A stretch of 32,617 nucleotides of DNA from Basidiobolus ranarum (lineage: Eukaryota). The position numbers and the translations under genes were made by a program. The first letter of the stretch is position 1, and every line of letters starts with the position of its first letter. Where the stretch lies: positions 1 through 32,617 of the forward strand of contig JASJQH010000081.1 in the NCBI GenBank assembly GCA_040143965.1, written 5' to 3'. The notes under the pieces are model-generated. The model made no database searches. It was not told the DNA's origin and worked only from the letters and a program-made list of their open reading frames with translations. Below, piece after piece: positions 22,857 through 32,617 of this stretch.

Positions 22857-24019
22857 AAGTTTGACCAATACTCGACACGATCTTGTACATAGCATTTCAC
22901 GTATCGTTTTTAATAAAACTAACTACGACAAACAGCCCCGATACCATATAAGAGCCACAGCCGTAAAATTAGATATTATAGACCAATAGGTTCGTTTAAC
23001 GGTTCAATAATTGTACATGAGCTACTTCTAAACAGGAAGTTAACGCTTGCTACGAACATCATGATATCACCGTGTTCCAATCTGCTAGTTAGAGTATGGT
23101 GTTTAAAGTAATGGGATTTATACCAAGGAGCGCTATATAGTAAAGGGAATAAGTAAGTTTAAGCTGAATAAATATTTTACACTACAAGAATTATGGAGAT
23201 ATCAGGTTCTAAAGCATGGATGGATATTCTGTGGAGCGATACAAGTTATTAACCATCATTTTTTTGGAATTGCGCGGAAGTGAGACATCTTCGAAATAAT
23301 TGAAACCTAGTGGATTTGTGCTATATGAAACCTCGACCCCTGCACCCCTATGTCCAGTGCCCCTATTGGCCTAATGCATATAATGCAAAAAGGGCAACTA
23401 ACTTGAGAAAGTTAGTTCCTACTAGTATGTCCACGAATATACTTGGTTCCACATGATACTAGCTCTCAGCATCGGGTTAACGAGGCCCATGCTTAATCCA
23501 ATATTACAACCTCCTAAAGCAGTAAGTTCAAATCTACGGTGAGTTCTATCAACCAATTGATATAACATAACGGAAACCACATCTGTTAAGGTGACAATCA
23601 CCTGCTGCTATCCTCGTCATTATGACATCATCTGGAAAACATTTTGGTTAGTTTTTGCAGTTGAGTGAAAATTTAGTTTATCATTTCCAAGGTGTTTCAA
23701 AAAGGAACCTTAAAACGTTCAGCTAGTCTAAAGATAAGACGTATGACGTAGAAAATATGTCACTTAATCATCCCGGGAACTAATACGTCATTACAATCGA
23801 GCTACTGGATTTTGTCTCATAAAGCCGATCGATTAGTTAGAATTGTAAACATTTACCATATTGCAGTACACAAGTAACTGATTCCAATGAAGTTCATGAA
23901 TGCTATATGTAATAATTTATTGATGTTGATACAGTATGTAAAAGTATGTACAAATATTGGAATCTATAAGGAGTACTATCTGCCCGAGTAGATTTTGAAA
24001 ATATATAATATACAATTGC

Positions 24020-24514
24020 TTATTCGTTAAGTAAAAACTGTAGGCTCATCAGAGAAGGGCTGATAATATCTGAGCTTGCTGGCGACGATGACCTTTCAGA
24101 ACTTGAGTGGCACGATCCGTAGGATTCAACATCGGAATCAGATCGATCCAGGTTGGAGCATATAGAAGGTGATTTCTCACTACCATGAGTATGTGTACGC
24201 GTATGTCTGGCCAGTTGGTCGGTTCTAGCGAACCTTTTATCACACCCAGGAACTGTGCATTCATGAGGTCTTTCTCCTGTGTGGGTGCGAAGATGACGAG
24301 TTAGGTTATCATAACGATAAAATGCTCGCTTGCAAATATGACAATTAACTAGCTTCCTGCAATGTTTTGAAGTTCTAACAGATAACCTTTTGGTCTCTGG
24401 ATTGGATTGTTTGTGTTGGAGTCTGAATACTCGGATGGGAATATCTTGAGTCATCCCTTGTGGAATGCTGTTGGCAATCCATCTGGTTTGAGCAGCTTGA
24501 TCGATTTGAAGCAT
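24020..24514 (-). CDS. Small two-finger C2H2 transcription factor of CreA/Mig1/EGR-like type, 164 aa, intronless
   Basis: CHICKRAFYRYDNLTRHLRTH-TGERP-HECTVPGCDKRFARTDQLARHTRTH, followed by a Ser-rich tail ending LMSLQFLLNE. First in-frame ATG is at 24514. Confidence 0.88.
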   Translation of the reverse strand: MLQIDQAAQTRWIANSIPQGMTQDIPIRVFRLQHKQSNPETKRLSVRTSKHCRKLVNCHICKRAFYRYDNLTRHLRTHTGERPHECTVPGCDKRFARTDQLARHTRTHTHGSEKSPSICSNLDRSDSDVESYGSCHSSSERSSSPASSDIISPSLMSLQFLLNE

Positions 24515-25768
24515 TTGGTGGATTTCGTTAATGATCCGAAGAGATTGTTGTATAGGCAAGGGAAATTACAAGCTGTAGTATTGTGTGGGAAATGAAACGA
24601 AATTTGATGAGATGAGTATGGAATCAACTACGCTATTTATATTATTTTCCCTCAGTCAGTGGATGCTGATCAGTGCACTTGCCAATTGGGATGATCCACC
24701 AATACACCAAATTCAAAGTAAATAGCTTCATTATTATCCAATGAATAGATCTGAGGAGGCGGATGAAATTATCTCTGAATGAGCAAATAAGGGTTATCAA
24801 CTCGGTCATGATTACATCATGGTGCATCATGCTTACCATATTCAAATGAAACAAAACCAGGTTCAAGAGCCGTTTTATAAGGTATTTCGAGGACCTCCTC
24901 TATCTGGAGCATCAAACATTCGAAGACTGATTTAAGTTTGTATTATGAAGAGAAATGGAGCTCAATGTGGTGACATTTAAGAAGAGCTATCCATCTCTGA
25001 TTTGCGATATAGCATCGCTTAGCCTAGTTTTTGTTTTTGGTATTTAATACAGCCTATCAATGAGTGCTAATACAGTTAGCATCTTAGTGACGGAGTTGAA
25101 AATGCAAAACAAAATGTGACTTCTCCAACCAGCATTATGACATCATAATCCGAAATGGATGATTCATTCAATTGATGATATCATTATGATGAGATTTGCT
25201 CTGACCTCCTCCTACCCTTAACGGATTAATAAGAGATATACTTATTCGGAACTTGTTTCTTCTTTGCACAACCCTTGGAATCATGTAATTACCTCAATCA
25301 TAGTGTAACAATTGGTCAATGCAATTTTGATCGAACCAATCCTGACATCTATATTAGTACTCCGAGGTCTCCTGCTGTTGATGAGTTTTACAAACTGTGT
25401 TACAGTAAATAAAAGAAATGAGTTGCACTAGGCGATCAAGCCACTTTTCTTTACTGAATGCAATTTCGTCATACTCTGTTCAGACCATGTTGTTGTAATC
25501 TTATTATTATATTGTGAAGTATACTAGACTAGAACCCAGTATTATTCCATTTAGGAGATTTGAATATAATATTAGGACAATTTTTCAATTATGTCATAAT
25601 ATGTTGTCTCCGTAGAAACGTGTATGAATGTTTTGAATAGGCTAAACTCAAGAATTAGATTTAATTTCAGTAGATGAAAATTTGAGTGGAATATCAAAAC
25701 ATTTATTACAAAAAAGGTTATCTCAAATGGTTCATGTGCGATGAAAATTTTATCAGTCTATATTACAT

Positions 25769-28700
25769 TTAGTCAGAGAATTCAGAGTTACTGTCTTGGA
25801 ACCCGCCATCACTGCTTTCCTCTTCACTTGATTCAATGTAATTATTGGCTCTTCTGGTGGCTGTACGCGCTGCTGTACGTTTACCTACTGTTGCCTTGGT
25901 ATTTTCTTGATTTAATACTTTCTTCAAAAGTCTTGGCTTGACCTCGTTAGTAGACTCTTCCAAGTTCACATCAGAAAGGGAATCAGCTAATTCATCAACA
26001 TTGGATGCTGAACGTTTAGTTAAAACCCGTTTCTTTTTGTAAGCAGGTGAATCAGGTCCTTTGATACCAGGTATACTTGTGGGATTAACTCGAGCATTTG
26101 CTTTCACATTTTTGGAGAACAGCATCTTCAAATCATCATCACTGTCTGATAGTAGTCCATCGAGAAGTGAATCCAGTGCCGATTTTGTGGCAGCTGGCTT
26201 CTTAAGAGGAGCTTCAACCGTTTCCACCTTCACTTGTGCTGTGGAGAAGTCAAAGTCTTCTTCTTCATCCTTGATAATTGGCTTTTTACGACTTCTTACT
26301 GGTGCACGTTTGGCTGGCATGGCAGCAGAAGAGGGTCCAGCCTCACTTGTTGACATGTTATTTCTGGTCTCCATTTCGGCATCTGACTGTTTCAAGTGTA
26401 ACTTCTCAGCGCTTTCTTTTTTGACCACCCCTATGGCTTTACGGGCAGTTGTCTTTCGAGGTTTGCTTTTTGATCGGATTTCTGTTGGATGGAAAATTTC
26501 GTAATCTTCGACTTGCATTTCCTCCCATTTAATTAGGAAATCGTCAAGATCTCTATTCCACAAATCCTTAGCTGTTAAGGAGAGTAACGCAGTCAATTCG
26601 GCTTCTTTCTGTTCACGCTCTTTAATCAGCTTCTCAACCTTTTCCATAGTCAAATTCCAAATAGGCATAGAGAGAAGATAATCAAAACCGTGATCTTTTT
26701 CGTCAACTTCTTCATCTGCATCTGCGTCTTCATCCTCTTTTTCTGCATTCTTGAAAAACGGAGCATATCCATGGCTCTTCAAATCTTTCAAGAGATCAAC
26801 CTTCTTGCGGTTTTGAACAATGAGCGTGCCTTCGATAATTTCAAGAACAAAACGAACGCGATTATCGAGCTTTGTCCATTCTTGAGTCAACTGATCAGCC
26901 ATATACTCTTTACGCTTTTGGTAGTAGGATAATCGTATATCATAGAACGTTTCTAAAATTTCTTCAGCGGAATTGTATTTTTTGATACGACCTTCCTTAT
27001 CGAAACAAACCATGTTCGAAGTGGTGAGAGAGGAAACCAACTTGAGTTTCTTCAATATACCCTCTGCTTTCGCGGCTTTCATTCCACTGTCAGTAAGAGT
27101 CAATCTTAAACGCACCGCAAGATCTGTACTATTGTTTTGATACTCTTGTATCCATGGAGTGCTTTCAGTCAACCAGCTTTCCAATTGTTCTTTGTAATTC
27201 AAGGTCCAAACACGAATCGGTAATTCGGTAATTTCGATAACGTTATCACCTACTTCTGTGGCTACTCCAGACACTTGGTATTTGTTTTCAGCTATTTTCT
27301 CGATCGTGCCCTGGAATCCTCTGTACCATGGGTTCATTGGAACTACGCGCTCGCCATTCATCAGGCGTCTCAAGTTATCAACAATGTCAACAGGGTTGAA
27401 ATTAGGTATCGAGGTGCTCCAGCCTGTGCCAATACCTTCGGCACCATTGATTAAGACCATAGGTACCACAGGCATATACCATTCAGGTTCAATGGGTTGA
27501 CCATCATCATTTAGATAGTTCAGAATAGCATCATCATTAGAGTGAAAGATTGATCTAGTGCTTGGGCAGGTATAGGTATTAATATAACGAGGAGCTCCAG
27601 CATTTTTACCGCCTTGTTCACGAGAACCAAACATTCCTCCAGGATAGAGGAGATTGATGTTGTTGCTACCCACGAAGTGTTGAGCAAGCCCAATGATAGT
27701 GGAACTTAAACTAGCTTCACCATGATGATAGGAGGACTTTGAAGCAACGGTGCCTACCAGTTGAAACACTTTCGTATCCTTGTTGATGTTGTATTTGAGG
27801 CAGGTATACAAGACTTTTCTTTGGCCTGGTTTCAAGCCATCAACAACAGAAGGAATGGATCTGATATTGTCAGACATGGAGAAGAGAATCAACTCCTTGT
27901 TGATAAAATCCGAAATAGGGATCTTATCCACTGAGTGATCTATGAAAGTGCCAGCCTAGATTGTGAAACGTAAGTCATATGTCATGATTTGATCTAAAAA
28001 TCACCAAGCTACCTTGAACTGACTCATCCAATGCTTACGATCATCGGCCTTCTTCTTATTGAAGGCTAGGTCAATAAATTGACTATCTTCCTTCTTGCAT
28101 ATATCGAATTCTTTCACGTGAAGTTCCAAATTACTAAAGTATTCTTTGCCATCCACTCGGTCACTCGTACTCAAACCCTAATGTGGTTAAAGTTAGGTTA
28201 AAGTATGCACGGCAACAATGAAGCAAAATCAAATCGAATTACTTTGTAGTACTTAACGGTCCACCCTTTACCGTTGTTGTTCTCTTCTTTCCATGCGAAG
28301 TATTCTGGCATCGTGAAGAAAGATAGCACTTTCTTTCCTTTGGTGACCTTTACAATGGGAGTAATGAACTCAATCAAAAATTTGGGAATTTTGAGGAGCG
28401 AGGGGTAGAAGTGATCCAGGAAATTAATTAATAATCCTTTGATGTGGGAGCCATCGTAATCCTGTAAACAAAGACAATTAGCTGACATTCTAGTGCGAGG
28501 TTATTCAAGGTGCCACTAACCTGATCTGTCATGATCATCAGATGTCCATACCGAAGCTGCTTGACGTCAGTATATACTTTACCATGCTGTAGCCCCAAAA
28601 TACGTTTGATGTGATTGATCTCAACATTGTTCATGATCTGATTATGCGAAGCATCGCGAACATTCAGCAGTTTACCTCGTAGCGGGAAAATACCGTAGTC

Positions 28701-30420
28701 GTCACGCCCAACGACACTAAGACCAGCCACAACCAGTTCTTTTGCTGAATCTCCTTCTGTAAGAATTAGCGTACAATCTTCTGATTTCTTAGTTCCAGCA
28801 TTGTTGGCATCTTCAAGCTTGATAATTCCAGTTATTCTGGATCTCTTTGCACCGTCAGTTTTTTTGAGAGATTGGCTTTCCTTTGATTTGATGAAACTTT
28901 GGATAAGTTCGACAACTCCCGAGTCTTTAATGATGCTATTGAGAAACTTGTCCGAGAGTGTACATTCAGATCCAAACGCTTTGGATCTTAATGTCATATT
29001 CTCTTTTGTTTGTGAATCGAATGAAGGATTTTCAATTAAGCAATTAATGAAAACCCAAAGATGACTCTTGATATGAGAAGGCTTGATCGCTGCCACCTTT
29101 GGCTTCTTCATATATTCCGCCAATTTCGTAACGATTTGGTCGGTAACGTAATTCACGTGAGTTCCACCTTTAGTAGTGGCGATACCATTGACGAAACTGA
29201 CTTGTTGGAACTGATCTTCACTTACAGCAAATCCAATCTCCCATCGTTCACCACACCTGTCAAGGATAATAGAGCCTTTCTCTCCGGGATTGTTGACATA
29301 CAAGCTGATGTACTTGTCGAAGCTGTTAACTTTGATTCTTTCCTCATTTAGGAATACTTTCATGGTCTTACTGCCCTTGATACAACCGGCAATATCGTAA
29401 ACACGCTTCTTCAATAGAGATTCCAGATCCTCGTCAATGTGATCCATACTGAATTTCTCCAAATCCGGCTTGAATGTGATCTTGGTATACTCTTCTTTCT
29501 TGGTATTGGCAGTAATGATTGGCTTATCTTTTTCAGTCATGTTGTTTCGGAATACTTGCTTGTATTTCTTGCCGGAGCTCTTGTCAGCAGTCTCTACAAT
29601 AAACTCGGTACTGAATATGTTGCACAGTTTTGCACCATAACCATTTCTACCACCAACCACCTTTTTGTCGTTATCATCGTAATTGGAAGAGGTGAGTAGG
29701 TGACCAAAAATCAGTTCGGGTACATAGACTCCTTCCTCTTTATGGATTTCTATAGGTATACCACGGCCATCGTTGTATACAGAAATGGTATTGGTTTCTG
29801 TGTCGATATTAACACGTATAGTGCTCATAGAGGGATCTCGTATCTTGTTATCGGCAGCGTTGACTAGAAGTTCATCAACAATTTTGTACAGTCCAGGCAC
29901 GATTTCAATCTCTTTGTAGGCCATTCTATTCGTGGTGGAATCGAACACCCACATGAATTGCTTGAAATGCTCAACTGATCCAATATACGAATCAGGACGA
30001 AGCAAAATATGTTCAAGTTGGGTTTTCTTTTGATAAATTTGTTCAATGGTCTTGGTTTCTTCGTTAACAGAATGGTTACTGGAGGAGCTGGCGCTTGCAA
30101 TGGCGGAATCATCATCGGAGTCGCTAAGAATAGCAGAACTGGCGGCTTTTCCCTTGACCAATCTTTTGGCGGGTGCTTTTGACATTGCCTTAGAGACGGT
30201 AGTTTTGGCTGCGGCTTTTGATGTGGTGGCCTTTGGTTTGGCGGCCGCTTTAGGGGCAGCAGCTTTTTTAGTAACCTGGTGATTTTGATATTTCAATGTT
30301 AGAATATATTCAAAGGAATAATACTTTTCAAAGTGATATTCATACCTTGGGGCGAACAGGTTCGAACGTATCTTCGTCCGAATTGCTGTATCCCATGCTT
30401 TCGTCAGAATCAGAATACAT
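25769..30420 (-). CDS. TOP2: DNA topoisomerase II (type IIA), ~1466 aa; exons 30420-30346, 30275-28521, 28461-28243, 28177-28013, 27955-25769
   Basis: GHKL: YQKKTQLEHILLRPD, NAADN, GGRNGYGAKLCNIFS. TOPRIM: LILTEGDSA, PLRGKLLNVR, MTDQ|DYDGSHIKGLL. Also DGLKPGQRKV, YHHGE, catalytic PRY, NGAEGIGTGWST and a charged CTD. Four canonical phase-0 introns. Confidence 0.98.
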
Positions 30421-30579
30421 GACGTCTATGTGGTAATAATAAGGGAATGGGATATAAACAAGAGGTTAATACACTAGAACGTAGTAGAGAAGGGAATGTA
30501 GCAGGAGAGAGCCACTTAATGCAAGCTATAAGAGCGAGATTATTTATCGTTTGCCAGCCACGATAAACATTGCAATGAA

Positions 30580-30646
30580 CCAATCATCTTGAATCATGAA
30601 AGATAAAGTCACAAAGAGTTGATGTTTTGGCTTGATGACCCAATCA
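30580..30646. promoter_or_regulatory. Two CCAATCA boxes 60 bp apart upstream of TOP2 (inverted relative to its transcription)
   Basis: CCAATCA at 30580-30586 and 30640-30646, 160-226 bp upstream of the ATG at 30420. Confidence 0.4.
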
Positions 30647-31046
30647 TTCAAGCGGGTATACAATGTTACATTAAAATTTTCTTGATGTTTTGTAATGATT
30701 TTAATATGAGAATTAATTGCTTCTTTGGTGGTGCTACAAGAAATATTGAGATACGATCAGTTGGTATCTATGCCAACTAAATTAACTTCATCTTATGCTA
30801 CATTTTATCTTAAATTTGGAAGTCAATTTATTTAAACTGTAGATCAGTTCGTCGTATGGAGTAGTCTTCTTGCAGAATACTGCAACTTCAAAGCAAAATA
30901 ATCATCACAAGAGTTGAAGAAACACTATTGTCATACAGACTTTGCTTTATTAAGCAACATAACGAAAAAGAACGTTAATCGGATATTAGATTGACGGTAA
31001 TATAAAAAGCTCATATGTAGACTTAAAACTGGTTGTCTTTTAAACT

Positions 31047-31585
31047 TTAACCTCTACGGTTGAAAATGTCCTTCAAATTACCGTTGATGTCGTTAATGTT
31101 ACGTTCCAAGTAGGTGGCCTTCTTTTCGAGAGCTTTGATGCTTTCGTTGGAAACGTTGATCCGGTCACTAATCTCCTTTTCTAAAACAGATCTATCGGCT
31201 TGCAAAAACCTACAATCCAAATAAGGTATCCAGTTAGTCGGAAGGAGGTTGATATTTGAGGAAATGAAGTAGATAATTCCCACTTTCTAGTACTGGTAAA
31301 GATGGTACTGAGAATTCTACTCACATTTTGCCTACAGATTTGTATGTATGGATGTTGTCGCCAAGTTGTGAAACTTCTTTGTAGGTTAGTTCCGATAGAC
31401 GCTTCTCACGCTCCTTTACTTGGATCTGAGCTTTTACAGTACTAAGTTGACGAGAATCCTCAATCATTTTGTTTTGCATGCTCATGAGCATCTACATAGT
31501 AAGAATATTAGAAACTAAAGAAGAATCACTCTCGGCAGGTACATTTTCTGATTTTAAACCTTACCTGCTTTAGATTTTCCTCCAT
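31047..31585 (-). CDS. PFD1: Prefoldin subunit 1 (beta-type), 116 aa; exons 31585-31565, 31491-31325, 31209-31047
   Basis: Splices to MEENLKQ|MLMSMQNKMIEDSRQLSTVKAQIQVKEREKRLSELTYKEVSQLGDNIHTYKSVGKM|FLQADR...IKALEKKATYLERNINDINGNLKDI, the typical coiled coil / beta-hairpin (YKSVGKMF) / coiled coil layout. Confidence 0.9.
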
Positions 31586-32016
31586 CTTTAATGTAAATTA
31601 TCAACGAAATGAAAGAGTAGTACAGTAGAAGGTATATTTCGTTGGTTTTTTTCAATTTTTGTTTCCCGAAAATTGTATGCTACCGAGAGAAGAATATGGC
31701 ATTTGAGATCGTCAAAATTATAACTGATCCAATCATGATTTCAATAAAATATCATGATGGTAACAAATCAGTGATTTTTAAACCAACCAGTGGGACCTCT
31801 CCAAGTACTTTGTGGTTAAATTATTCATGCATGTTCGACTGCTAGAATTTTTAGATTAGTAGAATCAGCTAATCAGTTGTTACTGTATTTATCATCGATA
31901 CTTTCATAAGTCATAGCAGAGTTTGATAATTGTATTTTTGCATATTGTGAGCAGTCTAATTTTCGTCTAAACCTCTCCCATACAAACCATCTATTTGTCC
32001 TTCGACAAGTAAAAAG

Positions 32017-32617
32017 ATGTCTGGTGGAGATGACAGCGAAAAACCTCTTGAACCTGGTTCGCCTCATCCGAATGTTCCCTTATTCGAACTACTTCGACTC
32101 CCTAATCGGTTGATTTTTGAAAATGTTTATCTTAATGGACTACATACACTTCGACGATTTAAAATCCGGAATATTTCCAATAGTACTATAGTGGTTAAAC
32201 TTCGCTCAAACCTTGGATCCCAAGTTGCTTTTCAATTGAAAAACGAAAATTTCTCTGACCTCGAAACGGAGGAAAATACAACATATCCTGTCCAAGCAGA
32301 CCCCCCTCTAGACCTTATATCGAATTCAGCCAATTTTCTCGCACAATATTGCCCACAATTTAATGAAGTATTTAATTATGTTGATTATGTTGCTGAGTTA
32401 ATTTTAGGTCCTGAACAAAGTCAAGAAGTTGTCCTGGTTTTCCTTCCAGAAGAAAAGGCCCTAAGACGTCGTTTGAATAAAACTCAAAATAATCCACGCG
32501 ACCCACCTGCCAATCTTCCCCCAGATTCAGAGGTTTCCTCTAAAGACCTCGGAAATTCCCTTGTCTTCCCCTTATCTTCCGAAGAGGACCAAACGTTTGA
32601 TTTCAACGAAGTTCAGG
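32017..32617 (+). CDS. 5' part (200 codons, open to window end) of an uncharacterised protein, possibly with an Ig-like (ASH/MSP-type) beta-sandwich
   Basis: Uninterrupted frame from ATG 32017: MSGGDDSEKP...RLIFENVYLNGLHTLRRFKIRNISNSTIVVKLRSNLGSQVAFQLKNEN...FNEVFNYVDYVAELILGPEQSQEVVLVFLP. It has no stop in the window, so it is absent from the ORF track. Confidence 0.75.
   Translation, partial: MSGGDDSEKPLEPGSPHPNVPLFELLRLPNRLIFENVYLNGLHTLRRFKIRNISNSTIVVKLRSNLGSQVAFQLKNENFSDLETEENTTYPVQADPPLDLISNSANFLAQYCPQFNEVFNYVDYVAELILGPEQSQEVVLVFLPEEKALRRRLNKTQNNPRDPPANLPPDSEVSSKDLGNSLVFPLSSEEDQTFDFNEVQ

Noticed and set aside
25155-25204. ATGATGA...CTGA C/D-like motif cluster
   Set aside because: About 50 nt overall with only 8 nt before the D box, no terminal stem and no plausible guide; the background is TGA-rich.
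3678-31585. U12-type (minor) introns
   Set aside because: All inferred introns are GT-AG with U2-type donors; none begins RTATCCTT.

Overview
This is gene-dense eukaryotic DNA with short (mostly 50-90 nt) GT-AG introns. Gene content (homoaconitase, Ytp1, HP1, Gid4, a Myb+U-box protein) points to a fungus, probably an early-diverging lineage (inference). I spliced each gene by hand. After about 3.6 kb of non-coding DNA containing a strongly CpG-depleted decayed repeat, the genes are: RPS17(-), a 9-exon SANT/Myb + U-box-like protein(-), an OSCA/CSC1 (TMEM63) channel(-), LYS4(+), YTP1(+), HP1/Swi6(-), an Inp54-like inositol 5-phosphatase(+), GID4/VID24(-), GAL7(+), a membrane-anchored RlpA/DPBB expansin-like protein(+), a CreA/Mig1-like C2H2 factor(-), TOP2(-), prefoldin 1(-) and the 5' end of an uncharacterised gene(+). 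The main anomaly is one in-frame TAG at a Trp/Tyr position in an otherwise intact CSC1 gene. TOP2 also has a Gly-to-Ser change (GGT to AGT) in the KGLGT motif. Both would be corrected by A-to-G, but a recent mutation or a sequencing error explains them equally well. I found no supportable tRNA, rRNA, CRISPR array or intact transposon.
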